DNA of 64,000 bases from an uncultured Methanoregulaceae archaeon (GCA_963705255.1 OY970061.1:512001-576000); one strand, 5' to 3'; numbered from the stretch's first letter, positions 1-9,802 are shown. The notes: generated by a model from the letters alone, not told the origin. Translations and numbers: made by a program.

Positions 1-140
1 GGGACTTCATGTACCGGGGCAGGACCTGCTGGCACCTGCTCGCTGTCAGGATAGCGGAGATCACCGGCACTTTCGAAACCGTAGATAGCTGGTACCAGGA
101 CCAGCTGAAAAATACCTGCGAGCCTGCGAGCAAAACCTAG
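1..140 (+). CDS. 3' part of SWIM zinc-finger protein (truncated by window edge)
   Basis: Frame from nt 3 reads DFMYRGRTCWHLLAV...KT* (SWIM-type DF..RG..CxH motif); TAG at 138-140. Confidence 0.7.
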   Translation, partial: DFMYRGRTCWHLLAVRIAEITGTFETVDSWYQDQLKNTCEPASKT

Positions 141-182
141 ATTAGCGTTCGGCATCAACAGTACAGACGATACGTGTTACTT

Positions 183-2924
183 ATGCTCGAAGAGGAATAC
201 CAGCTCGACTATTTCAAGACCCAGGGGCTGACACGGAAGATCTGCAAAAGCTGCGGTTCGGCGTTCTGGACCCGCGACAGCTCGCGCGAGATCTGCGGGG
301 ACGCCCCCTGCGAGCCCTATACCTTCATCGGCAACCCGGTCTTTGCGCCCCACACCCTCGACAGTATGCGCGAGGCATACCTCTCCTTTTTTGAGAAGCA
401 GGGGCATACCCGGGTGGAACGGTACCCCGTGGTGGCACGCTGGAGGGACGACATTTACCTCACGATCGCGTCCATCGCGGACTTCCAGCCGTTCGTGACC
501 GGCGGCATCGTCCCCCCGCCGGCCAACCCGCTGACCATCTCCCAGCCCTGCATCCGGCTCAACGACCTCGACTCGGTCGGCAGGTCCGGGAGGCACCTGA
601 CCACGTTCGAGATGATGGCGCACCACGCCTTCAACACTCCCACGGAAGAGATCTACTGGAAAGACCGGACCGTCGAACTCTGCGACCAGTTCATCGCGTC
701 CGTCGGCGGGGATATCAACCGGGTGACCTACAAGGAGCACCCGTGGATCGGCGGCGGGAACGCCGGGCCGAGCGTGGAAGTGCTGATCGGCGGGCTCGAG
801 GTGGCGACCCTCGTCTTCATGAGCCTCGGGCGGCAGAAGACCAAGGACCCGGGCTACGAGCTGAACGGCGAGATGTACTACCCGATGAAACTCAGGATCG
901 TGGACACCGGCTACGGCCTCGAGCGGTTCGTCTGGGCATCCAAAGGCTCTCCCACGATCTACGACGCCGTATTCCCCGAGATGGTCAGCAGGGTGATGAG
1001 CTCGGCCGGGCTCAGCCACATGCTCGACAACAAGGACTATACCAAGATCCTTGCCCTCAACGCGAAGTTCGCCGGGCTCATGGACATCTCCGGCACCAAC
1101 CTCTTCAACCTGCGCAAGAAAGTAGCGGCTGCAATCGAAGTCTCCCCGGAAAAACTCGACAAGATGATCACCCCCATCGAGAAGGTGTACGCCGTCGTCG
1201 ACCACACCCGCTGCCTTGCCTATATGCTCGGGGACTGCATCGTGCCCTCGAACGTCAGGGAAGGCTACCTCGCCCGGCTGGTCATCCGCCGGACCCTGCG
1301 CATGATGGCCGAGCTCAAGATTGAAGAGCCCCTTGCCGATCTCATCGAGCAGCAGACCAGGATCATCGGCACCCGGAAGTTCGAGCAGGACCTCGGCGTA
1401 GTCCGCGAGATCGTCGACCGGGAGACAGAGAAGTACGCGTCCACCCTCGAGCGCGGCACCAGGATCGTCCAGAAAGTCGCAAAGACCTACAAGGCAAAGA
1501 GCCAGCGGGTCCCCTTAAGCGAGATCATCACGCTCTACGACTCCCACGGGATCCAGCCGGAGATGATCAAGGATATCGCCGCCAAGGAGGGGGCCGTGGT
1601 CGACCTCCCGGACAACTTCTACTCCATGGTCGCGGACATGCACTCCGGGTCGAAGAAGGAAGCCGAAGAGGACCGGACCGGGAAGTATGCCGAGCGGGTA
1701 CAGGGCCTCCCGCCGACCAGGAAACTCTATTATGAGGAGCCTTCGGAGATCGAGTTCGAGGCCGTCGTGCTCGACTTTTTCGACGGCTATGCGGTGCTCG
1801 ACCAGACCCTCTTCTACCCGGAAGGAGGGGGCCAGCCGGCAGATACCGGGACGCTCGTTTCCGCGGAGAGCATGGTCCGGGCCGACGGGGTCGTCAAGGT
1901 CGGCGAGGTCATCCTCCACCACGTGGGCGGGGGCGTCCTCCAGCGCGGCGACCGGGTGAAGGGGATGGTGGACGAGGAACGGCGCTGGTCGCTGATGCGG
2001 CACCACACGGCTACCCACATCCTCCTCCATGCTGCAAAGGAAGTGCTCGGCGCCCATATCCACCAGGCCGGGGCCCAGAAAGGGAGCGAGTCCTCCCGCG
2101 TGGACCTCCGCCACTTCAAGCACATCACGGCCGACGAACTCCGCCGGATCGAGATCGCGGCAAACCGGATGATCATGGCAGGCCAGCCGGTGGAGATCAC
2201 GGTCGAGGACCGGACGAAAGCCGAACAGAAATACGGGTTCTCCCTCTACCAGGGAGGAGTGCCCCCGGGCAGGACCATCCGTATCGTGAAAGTTGCCGGG
2301 GACGTAGAGGCGTGCGCAGGCACCCACTGCCGGAACACCGGTGAGGTCGGCGTCATCAAGATCATCCGGGTCGAGCACATCCAGGACGGTATCGAACGCA
2401 TCGAGTTTGCGGCCGGCGTTGCCGCCATCTATTATATGCAGCACCTCGAGCAGATCGTTGCATTGGCCGCAGACACCCTCTCCGTGCAGTTCGAGAACCT
2501 GCCGCCAACGGTATCTAGGTTCTTCTCGGAATGGAAAGACCAGAGGAAGGAGATCGAGCGGATGAGCGCAAAACTGGTCGAGCTGGAGATGCAGTCACTG
2601 GTTGCCGAACCGGTCGGCGGCGTATCGGTCGTGGTCAGACGGATCGACCTCCCGCAGAAAGAGCTCTCGGCCATTGCCACCTCCGTTGCGGAAAAAGGCG
2701 GCGTGGCACTCCTCGCCGGTGCCGGGGAGACGGTCCGGGTGGTCCTCGCATCGGGAGACCCCCGGGTGAATGCCGGGGAGATCATCAGCCAGGTCTGCAG
2801 CCTGCTCGGGGGAAAAGGCGGGGGGAAGGCAGCGATGGCCCAGGGTGGCGGGCCGGATGCGAACCAGCTGGACCTCGCACTGAAAGTCGGACGCGAACGC
2901 ATCCTTGCGGCACTGCATGGCTGA
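183..2924 (+). CDS. alaS: Alanine--tRNA ligase (archaeal type)
   Basis: N-terminal CxxC, TIASIADFQP, VDTGYGLER, editing HHTATH and CAGTH, C-terminal GGKGGG...AQGGG. ATG at 183 preferred over GTG at 174. Confidence 0.98.
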   Translation: MLEEEYQLDYFKTQGLTRKICKSCGSAFWTRDSSREICGDAPCEPYTFIGNPVFAPHTLDSMREAYLSFFEKQGHTRVERYPVVARWRDDIYLTIASIADFQPFVTGGIVPPPANPLTISQPCIRLNDLDSVGRSGRHLTTFEMMAHHAFNTPTEEIYWKDRTVELCDQFIASVGGDINRVTYKEHPWIGGGNAGPSVEVLIGGLEVATLVFMSLGRQKTKDPGYELNGEMYYPMKLRIVDTGYGLERFVWASKGSPTIYDAVFPEMVSRVMSSAGLSHMLDNKDYTKILALNAKFAGLMDISGTNLFNLRKKVAAAIEVSPEKLDKMITPIEKVYAVVDHTRCLAYMLGDCIVPSNVREGYLARLVIRRTLRMMAELKIEEPLADLIEQQTRIIGTRKFEQDLGVVREIVDRETEKYASTLERGTRIVQKVAKTYKAKSQRVPLSEIITLYDSHGIQPEMIKDIAAKEGAVVDLPDNFYSMVADMHSGSKKEAEEDRTGKYAERVQGLPPTRKLYYEEPSEIEFEAVVLDFFDGYAVLDQTLFYPEGGGQPADTGTLVSAESMVRADGVVKVGEVILHHVGGGVLQRGDRVKGMVDEERRWSLMRHHTATHILLHAAKEVLGAHIHQAGAQKGSESSRVDLRHFKHITADELRRIEIAANRMIMAGQPVEITVEDRTKAEQKYGFSLYQGGVPPGRTIRIVKVAGDVEACAGTHCRNTGEVGVIKIIRVEHIQDGIERIEFAAGVAAIYYMQHLEQIVALAADTLSVQFENLPPTVSRFFSEWKDQRKEIERMSAKLVELEMQSLVAEPVGGVSVVVRRIDLPQKELSAIATSVAEKGGVALLAGAGETVRVVLASGDPRVNAGEIISQVCSLLGGKGGGKAAMAQGGGPDANQLDLALKVGRERILAALHG

Positions 2925-3516
2925 CCCTGTCCTCGTCCTCGAACCCGGCGACGAACGGGCTCAGAAGATCGCAAAAGCGATGTCCAGCCAGACCGCCGGG
3001 GAGATCCTCCGGCTGCTCGGGGAGGGCCAGAAGAGCCTGACCGACCTTGCCGAACGGCTGGCCCTCCCGATGAACACGGTGAAATACCATGTCGGGAACC
3101 TGCTCGATGCCGGGCTGATCTCGGTCGCCGATACCAGGTACAGCGTAAAAGGGCGGGAAGTGAAGATCTATACCCTCACCAACCGGCTCCTCATTGTCGC
3201 CCCCCGTCAGTCCGATGTCCGCTCGCTGCTGCTGAAATATGCGTCACTGTTCGGTATTGTCGCCGTTGCCTCTCTCACGGTCGCTGTCATCCTGCCCCTG
3301 CTTGAAGAAAACGTGAACGCCCCCGTCATTGCGCCCGCAGCTGCCGGAGTGATGCGGGAGACACCTGCGGTGGCATTGAAAGCGGGCTGGGGGGGGACTG
3401 CCGCCCCGGCTGCCACTGCTGCGATCGATCCGGCACTCGCCTTCTTCCTTGGCGGGGTTCTTGTTATCCTTGTACTGCTCTGCTACGAAGCGTGGCTCTG
3501 GAAGAGACGGGGATGA
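2917..3516 (+). CDS. ArsR-family HTH regulator with two C-terminal transmembrane segments
   Basis: IAKAMSSQTAGEILRLL...YHVGNLLDAGLI...SVKGREVKIY winged HTH followed by two hydrophobic stretches; start overlaps the alaS stop. Confidence 0.85.
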   Translation: MADPVLVLEPGDERAQKIAKAMSSQTAGEILRLLGEGQKSLTDLAERLALPMNTVKYHVGNLLDAGLISVADTRYSVKGREVKIYTLTNRLLIVAPRQSDVRSLLLKYASLFGIVAVASLTVAVILPLLEENVNAPVIAPAAAGVMRETPAVALKAGWGGTAAPAATAAIDPALAFFLGGVLVILVLLCYEAWLWKRRG

Positions 3517-3637
3517 ATGGCAAAGCCTTTCATGACATACCTGAAGGCAGGGCGGGATATATTTTTTAAGCGGGATAAAAAATCCTGTCAGGTACATTTT
3601 TATAAATCTCCCGGGAAATCGTTGGAACACTATTCTA

Positions 3638-4080
3638 ACGCTCTTGGGGGCGACGAACCTCACGGAACGTGAGGTGAGGCGGGAGAAGAACGCGAAGCGT
3701 TCTTCGACTATCTCGAATCCGCAGTCGAAGAATTCTGACGAATTCGGCGAAGCCTGCGGGCTTCTTCTGTCTCAAGTCTGATGACTCTCGACATTCTCCA
3801 ATTAATCCTCGCTGTGTGACGAAGGAACACGAGAAGAGAGCCATAAGGCTCTCTTCGCTGATGCGACGATTAATTCCCCGCCGCTGGGGCATCCCCCATA
3901 ATGTGATAATCACTCAGAAGGCAAGCGAGAAATTCCCAAAGGAAGGGAGGAATAATTGACGGGTCGAAGATTTACTTCGTAAATCTTCTCCTCTTCGAGG
4001 TCTGAAGACCTCTCGGAGATTCAAGGGGACGCGCCCCTTGGGCTGCCTCCCCCTCTGGGGGAGAGAGGGGGTCACCCTCA
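3638..4080 (+). repeat. Palindromic host repeat B carrying five nested two-hairpin mini-elements
   Basis: Matches the reverse complement of the uninterrupted copy 51198-51382 once inserts 3651-3709, 3723-3875 (containing 3746-3793 and 3815-3860) and ~3963-4020 are removed. Confidence 0.9.
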
Positions 4081-4148
4081 CATACATTCCAGAATCTTTT
4101 TCCAGTCTGGTCCTTACCCGGAATCCCGCTTTAGAAAATACATTTGCG

Positions 4149-4976
4149 TTATTTTCCGCGTCTCGCCATGACAGCCAGAAGCAGGCCTGCTACGGTAACA
4201 GCACCGATGACCGGTAAAGGAGAGAGCGGGGACTTGGTCTCCGTAGGCCACGGGGTCGGGACCGTAATGGTGGTCATGGTTTTCTGCACCGGTGCAACGG
4301 TCGTCGGCACAGCGGTTATCACCGCCGTTGCAGGTGCTGCGACCGTGAAGGTAGCCCTCCCGATATATCCGTTTGCATCCGAGAAATCCACCTCATATTC
4401 TCCTGCCGACGTGACGATCACGTTCTGGCTGAACGTTCCCGCACCGGTCCGCATGTCACTGGTGGTCCCGATCCACTGTGGCCCGAACATCCGCCCGTTC
4501 GGGCCGGTGACTTCAATCTCAACGCCTGCAGAGCCTTCTTTTGCTACAGAGCCCGCGATCGTAAGTGCGTTATCAAGGTTCTGGGTCAGGGCCGATGTCA
4601 CCGTGAGATCCCCGGAGCGGTCGATCACCTGGACAAACTGGAGGGTCACCGAATCGGACCGGGCGGTCAATGACCCGGGGACCTGTGCTTCGACCTTGTA
4701 ATTTCCCCCGGGCAGGCCGGTAGTATCGAAAATCGCAGTCTGGTTTTTCTGGTCACCCTGGCTGGTTACGGTCTGGCTACTGACTTCGGTTGCGGTATAC
4801 TGCGTCTGGTACAGGACAACAGTAAATGCGGTTCCAGCCGGGAAGTCCCCGCCAAGAGTACACTGGAGCGGAACACCGGTCTGGACCTTGGGGGGGCAGG
4901 TGAGGTAGACCCCGTAGGCCGATACTGTTCCCACGATGCACATCAGGAACAGTGCGATGAATATGAACCGTTTCAT
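4149..4976 (-). CDS. Secreted/cell-surface protein with Thr/Pro linker and C-terminal TM plus basic tail
   Basis: Signal peptide MKRFIFIALFLMCIVGTVSA, beta-rich body, ends KSPLSPLPVIGAVTVAGLLLAVMARRGK. Confidence 0.8.
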   Translation of the reverse strand: MKRFIFIALFLMCIVGTVSAYGVYLTCPPKVQTGVPLQCTLGGDFPAGTAFTVVLYQTQYTATEVSSQTVTSQGDQKNQTAIFDTTGLPGGNYKVEAQVPGSLTARSDSVTLQFVQVIDRSGDLTVTSALTQNLDNALTIAGSVAKEGSAGVEIEVTGPNGRMFGPQWIGTTSDMRTGAGTFSQNVIVTSAGEYEVDFSDANGYIGRATFTVAAPATAVITAVPTTVAPVQKTMTTITVPTPWPTETKSPLSPLPVIGAVTVAGLLLAVMARRGK

Positions 4977-5146
4977 ACCTACAGGTTCGAATGGCTGAAA
5001 TTAAAATGATATCCCTTGGACTCAAGCGTGAGGATGCAGGAGAACATACCTGCAGGTTATGGGAACAGCCAGCGGACTCCCGGAACATAATCAAAAACTG
5101 AAAGACCGGAAAAGAACGGTACAGGCAGGAAAGGTGCGGCCGCGGA

Positions 5147-5752
5147 TCAGATCATGCCGATGAAATTTTTCAGGATGCGGAGACCCGCGGCCCCGCTTTT
5201 TTCCGGGTGAAACTGGACACCGTACGCATTGCCGTTCCCGACCGATGAAGCGAACCGGCAGATATAGTCCGTGGACGTGAGCGTATACTCCGGCAGGGTA
5301 TCCGCATGGTAGGAATGAACGAAGTACACGTATTCTTCTTTCCCGAGACCGGCAAAGAGCGGGCAGTCGTCCTTCGCGAGGGTGAGCGAGTTCCAGCCCA
5401 TGTGGGGTACCTTGAACCCCGGCACGCGGGGGAACCTTCTGACGCCCCCGGGAATGAGCCCGAGCCCCGCGTGGAGCCCGTGTTCCTCGCTCGTCTCCAT
5501 GAGCATCTGCATGCCAAGGCAGATGCCGAGGAGCGGCACGTCGCGTGCGGCGTTCACCACGGTCGTTTTCAGTTCCCCGAGCTGTTCCATCCCTTCATGG
5601 AATGCCCCGACCCCGGGGAGAACGAGGCCTTCAGCAGCAGCGATCTCTTCTGCACTGCCGGTTATGACCGCATCCGCCCCGGCTTTTTCAAGCCCCCGGA
5701 TAACGCTGCGGAGGTTTCCAAGACCGTAATCAACAATGGCTATCTTCGTCAT
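5147..5752 (-). CDS. hisH: Imidazole glycerol phosphate synthase, glutamine amidotransferase subunit
   Basis: DYGLGNLRSV, LPGVGAF, GICLGMQ, VPHMGWN, YFVHSY, QFHPEKS. Confidence 0.97.
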   Translation of the reverse strand: MTKIAIVDYGLGNLRSVIRGLEKAGADAVITGSAEEIAAAEGLVLPGVGAFHEGMEQLGELKTTVVNAARDVPLLGICLGMQMLMETSEEHGLHAGLGLIPGGVRRFPRVPGFKVPHMGWNSLTLAKDDCPLFAGLGKEEYVYFVHSYHADTLPEYTLTSTDYICRFASSVGNGNAYGVQFHPEKSGAAGLRILKNFIGMI

Positions 5753-6221
5753 CCTCACGTTCCTCCCGGATCCGCCACCGCCCCTCCGGGACCCATGCCG
5801 GCGGGAGTCCCCGGGCCCGCTGCCATTCCGACAGCCGGCGGGGCCGGTCCTCCCGGAGGTCCGGGTATTCCTCTGCGATCATATGGATCAATGCCATATC
5901 GCTTGACGGGCACATGAAACAACCGATCCGGCCGGGGCGGCGCCCGTACGGGATGTTCCAGGGTGCCGAATCCGGCACCTTGTTCAGGAGCGCCAGGTGC
6001 CCCTCCGGAATGAGGGGAACCCCGAAACGCTCTCCGTAGATCCGGTTGATACGCGCCACGTCGGCGGGAAATGCGGGGCGTGCATCTCCCCGGGGGGTCA
6101 ACGGCACCTCGCGGGTCCCTGCGCCGCAGGAGCACCTGCGGGCCAGTACCCGGAGAATGGCAGGTATCGCACCAGCGCAGAAGGATCCTGCCAGGATATG
6201 GGGGGGCATCTCTCTAATCAT
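5730..6221 (-). pseudogene. Internally deleted PAPS-reductase-family (Cys-rich) gene remnant
   Basis: N-terminal-type segment (CSCG...TPRGDARPAF...LLNKVPD) joined directly to C-terminal RIGCFMCPSSD...GRWR; the central several hundred residues appear absent. Confidence 0.65.
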
Positions 6222-6346
6222 ACGTCATGCGGGGTTAAAAAGGGAAGGGGGACGCCGCAGGCTCCCGGACTCCTGACGGCAGGTCAGGTGCGTTGCTGAT
6301 GCGGGAGTATTGATATATACCATTCTTTCCCACTTTACTGGGACGC

Positions 6347-6607
6347 ATGATCGACACATGGCTTGTTGCCGCACTCTGCTTCTCTCTCCTGACATTCGGA
6401 GCGCTCTTCCGGGTGAACCGCGCCAGGACATGGTACGACGGACTTGTAGCGGCAGTCGTTGCCATCACCCTTGCAGCAGGGGCAGGACTCTTCCTGAGTA
6501 TCACGCTGGGAAACCTCCTTGTCCTTGACGGGACCATCATCGCAGCGCTGACGGCCTACATCATCGTCATTGCGCTCGCAAAATTCCCGGGAGGCGATCG
6601 GGAATGA
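6347..6607 (+). CDS. Mrp/Mnh subunit F-like small membrane protein
   Basis: 86 aa, three TM segments, pattern R...T..D.LVA; ATGA overlap with the next gene. Confidence 0.65.
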   Translation: MIDTWLVAALCFSLLTFGALFRVNRARTWYDGLVAAVVAITLAAGAGLFLSITLGNLLVLDGTIIAALTAYIIVIALAKFPGGDRE

Positions 6608-6975
6608 ATCCGGCAGCCGACATTCTCATATGGGTTCTCCTGGTCGCCGGGGTGGGTTTTGCAGCCCTCGGGTTCACCGCCCTTCTGATATTTCCTGATA
6701 TCCGAAGCCGGATGTATACCGCGGTAAGGGCAACCATCATCAGTGCCGGAGCGTCTGCAACCGCCATTATTGTTTTCGGGCTGAATGCCCTGCTCGGGGG
6801 CGGCGGTTACCAGTACCTTACGCTCATCCTGCACACCCTGGTTCTGTTCTGTGTCATCGTAACTGCCAGTCTGGTCATCTCCGGGATAATTCTTGAAAAG
6901 ACCCGTTCCCCGGAATTCTGTACGGCATCCGCCCGCACAGCTCCTGCGGAAACGGATGAAAAAGATACATCCTGA
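6604..6975 (+). CDS. Mrp/Mnh subunit G-like membrane protein
   Basis: G..ALLIFPDIRSRMYT resembles the MrpG G..R.PD.Y.R.H signature; three TM segments. Confidence 0.7.
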   Translation: MNPAADILIWVLLVAGVGFAALGFTALLIFPDIRSRMYTAVRATIISAGASATAIIVFGLNALLGGGGYQYLTLILHTLVLFCVIVTASLVISGIILEKTRSPEFCTASARTAPAETDEKDTS

Positions 6976-7069
6976 AAAAAATTCTGATATCGTCTGTCCT
7001 GCTGAATTTCACGGGAGGAAGAAATTCACGTGAAAAAAGGGCGCCCGGAAGGTCTCCCCCCGGCCGGAA

Positions 7070-7408
7070 TTACTCTTCGGCGGGCGGGGCCTCTTCCGGC
7101 TCCATGAAACAGAGCACCCCGGATATCCCCAGGATGATAACCGCGGGCAGATAGAGGAAGAGCAGGTTGAGCGTCCCTGCGAGCGGGACGGACAGGGTGA
7201 TGAAAATCGCCGAAAAGAGGAGCATCCACCCGGCAAACCGCGTCTCTTTGTTCGCGATTGCGACCCCCATCAGCCCGAGACTTGAGAAGAGTGCGGTCTG
7301 GACCCCGGAGAGGGTCACGTCATGCGATGGTGCAGAAAGTATGACAAAGAGTGCGGTCAGGATCCCAAGGACACTCCCGGTGACCCCCAGTATGAACTGT
7401 CTTTTCAT
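7070..7408 (-). CDS. Small four-TM membrane protein, function unknown
   Basis: MKRQFILGVTGSVLG..., hydrophobic throughout, acidic tail. Confidence 0.7.
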   Translation of the reverse strand: MKRQFILGVTGSVLGILTALFVILSAPSHDVTLSGVQTALFSSLGLMGVAIANKETRFAGWMLLFSAIFITLSVPLAGTLNLLFLYLPAVIILGISGVLCFMEPEEAPPAEE

Positions 7409-7782
7409 GTTTTTTAAAAAGGTGCGGGTGAGGATAAATGTTGCCCTCCGGAAAAATGCGGCCCGCTCACTGCCTGCAAACGACTGGTATGCCCGGAACA
7501 CCTTCAGAATGCGCGTTTTTTTCCAAACGGACGGTCATTTTTGAAATTGCAAATCCTTTGATTTGTTGAGTTTTTTGAAAACCGGGCAAAATTGTAACAA
7601 TTGCGCATTTTCTGATGTATTACTTTGATAATCAGTTTTTTCCTAATATCGCGCCAGTTTTCTTTGGTAAAAGTGGTGGTTTAGTGCAATTCTATGCCTC
7701 AAAATGCCATTGCGACCAAAATATTTATTAATTGATAGATTAAGAGAAAATATAACCCTTTCCGGTAGGAGGTGGAAACCAC

Positions 7783-7860
7783 ATGGCAGCAGCAAAGAAG
7801 GCGGCAAAGAAGCCGGAAGCAAAGAAGCCCGCAAAGAAGGCGGCAGCAAAGAAGAAATAA
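7783..7860 (+). CDS. 25-aa Ala/Lys/Pro-rich histone-H1-like micro-protein (MAAAKKAAKKPEAKKPAKKAAAKKK)
   Basis: GGAGGTG SD at 7768-7774, ATG at 7783, TAA at 7858-7860, AT-rich TATA-like tract near 7718-7735; below the ORF-track size cutoff. Confidence 0.75.
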   Translation: MAAAKKAAKKPEAKKPAKKAAAKKK

Positions 7861-8065
7861 TCTTTGCAGTTATTTTACACATTTTTTCGCAGCGATTTTT
7901 TTCCGGATCTCCAAGAACGGATTCCGGAATGGCTCTTGAAACCCGGCAGATACGCAGTTTTTTCAACAACCGGCGCGTGACGACCAGAACCGGCACGCTA
8001 CCGGATTAAACCGCCCGGGACCTGGCACCCCACCATGAATTTTCCGGCAATAAAAAAATCCCTGG

Positions 8066-9148
8066 TTAACCAACCAGCACCGGATAATCGGTATATCCTC
8101 TCTCCTCACCTTCATAGAACGTTGCAGCATCCTCCTGGTTCAGGGATGCGTGCCTCCGGAACCGCTCGGGAAGATCCGGGTTGGCGAGGAACGGGACGCC
8201 AAACGCGATGAGGTCGGCTCCACCCTCCTCTATTGCCGCTGTTGCACTCTGCCCGTCATATCCCCCGTTGAGCATGAGAGCTCCGCCGAATTTCGCCCGG
8301 ATGACGGAAGCCAGCCGGTTACCGGCTGCCGGGACCGGCGTCCTGCCCCCGAGAGACTCTACCAGGTGGACGTACCCGATACCAATCCTGCCCAGCCCCT
8401 CAACAAGGCAGGAGAAGGTCTCCCGGGGATTTGAATCCGCCATGCCATGGACCAGGAAATGCGGCGAGATCCGGTACCCGACCCGTTTCCCGCCCCAGAC
8501 ACGGGCAACTGCCCCGGCGACCTCGAGCGGGAGGCGTGCCCGGTTCTCTATGCTGCCGCCATAGGTGTCGGTCCGCCGGTTCGAACCGTCCCGCAGGAAC
8601 TGGTCCAGCAGGTAGCCGTTGGCCCCGTGAACCTCGACGCCATCGAAACCCGCAGCCTTCGCATTCACCGCCCCGTCCCGGAACTGGCCGATGATGGAGG
8701 GGATCTCGTCGATCCCGAGTGCACGGGGGACCGGGATCATCTTCTTGGCACCGGACGGCGTGTGGATCTCCTCGCCGACGGGGAGCGCTGAAGGAGCCAA
8801 TGGGAGTGCGCCGCCAAGGAAATCCGGGTGCGACATCCGCCCCACGTGCCAGAGCTGGAGAAAGATCTTCCCACCGGCTCCGTGTACGGCTGCGGTCACT
8901 TCCTTCCAGCCGGCGACCTGCCCCTGCGAGTAGATCCCGGGAGTCCGCTGAAAACCGACACCCATGGGGCTCACCTGGGACCCCTCGGTTATGATGAGCC
9001 CTGCCGATGCCCTCTGCCGGTAATAGGTGACCGAGAGCGGGCCGGGAACATTGCCTTCGAGTGCGCGGCAGCGGGTCATGGGCGCCATGACCATGCGGTT
9101 CGGGAGCGTCAGATCGCCAAGAACATACGGAGAGAACAGGCTCATCAT
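8066..9148 (-). CDS. Old yellow enzyme / NemA-like alkene reductase
   Basis: NRMVMAPMTRCRA, LQLWHVGR, GFDGVEVHGANGYLLDQFL, NRRTDTYGGS, GYTDYP. Confidence 0.93.
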   Translation of the reverse strand: MMSLFSPYVLGDLTLPNRMVMAPMTRCRALEGNVPGPLSVTYYRQRASAGLIITEGSQVSPMGVGFQRTPGIYSQGQVAGWKEVTAAVHGAGGKIFLQLWHVGRMSHPDFLGGALPLAPSALPVGEEIHTPSGAKKMIPVPRALGIDEIPSIIGQFRDGAVNAKAAGFDGVEVHGANGYLLDQFLRDGSNRRTDTYGGSIENRARLPLEVAGAVARVWGGKRVGYRISPHFLVHGMADSNPRETFSCLVEGLGRIGIGYVHLVESLGGRTPVPAAGNRLASVIRAKFGGALMLNGGYDGQSATAAIEEGGADLIAFGVPFLANPDLPERFRRHASLNQEDAATFYEGEERGYTDYPVLVG

Positions 9149-9271
9149 TGCTCCTTTGTGTCGGGAAACGGGTTGCTCCCGACCTTCTCCGGGCAACCCG
9201 GGAATGGCTCCGGTCTCCTGCAGGCCTGAGACTGCGCGGACGGGGTTTTCCCTGTTCCCTTGGAAACGATA

Positions 9272-9802
9272 TCACCTCTGGTATGTGGCAATAGCCTGAC
9301 CCCCGTACTGCACCATGTGGCCTTCCATGGCCTTCATGAGGACATCCAGGTTTGAGCCCGGCGGGATCTCCAGTTTTTTGTCAAGCCCGTACACGTTGAA
9401 ATAGTACGTGTGGACTTCCCCGGGTGGCGGACATGGACCGGTATACCCGATCTCTCCGAACTCGTGCTGCCCCTGGACTGCGTCAAACGGGCGGGTGACC
9501 ACGACCTCTCTGGGAATATTCTCCGGAATAATGTCCCGTGCCGCGATATTCCAGATGATCCAGTGGGTGTACATCCTGTCAGGACCGATGCCGTCCTGCA
9601 GGATGATCGCAAGGTACTCCGAATGGATCCGGTCGATATGGATCTCCGGTGAGATGTTCTCCCCGTCGCAGGTATATCGTTCCGGGAACATCTGGTAATC
9701 GAAACCGGTACTGACAAGCAAATTTTCTGTCTGCTCCTCCGCCATGTATGCCACGACCTGTAAGATTCCTGTCTCTGTGGATGGAGGTGTTGGTATATCC
9801 AT
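9272..9802 (-). CDS. YbhB/YbcL (PEBP) family protein
   Basis: YTCDGENISP, THWIIWNI, YTGPCPPPG.VHTYYF.VYGLD. Start uncertain (9802 or 9745). Confidence 0.88.
   Translation of the reverse strand: MDIPTPPSTETGILQVVAYMAEEQTENLLVSTGFDYQMFPERYTCDGENISPEIHIDRIHSEYLAIILQDGIGPDRMYTHWIIWNIAARDIIPENIPREVVVTRPFDAVQGQHEFGEIGYTGPCPPPGEVHTYYFNVYGLDKKLEIPPGSNLDVLMKAMEGHMVQYGGQAIATYQR

Noticed and set aside
177-2974. Long antisense and alternate-frame ORFs over alaS, and similar ones over the hem, fttA and dap genes
   Set aside because: Shadow ORFs caused by high GC3 codon bias; they carry no recognisable motifs.
3635-3913. Short ORFs overlapping repeats (also 21118-21537, 35960-36214, 51162-51410, 57023-57229, 60940-61146)
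   Set aside because: Shared peptide snippets such as KNSSEFFD come from the repeat DNA; frames are not conserved between copies.
3638-4080. CRISPR array
   Set aside because: Repeats are not identical, not regularly spaced, occur in both orientations and are nested; no cas genes are present.
7643-8009. ORFs 7704-8009 (+) and 7643-7996 (-)
   Set aside because: They are alternate-frame readings of the AKK micro-ORF, which has the SD and coherent composition.
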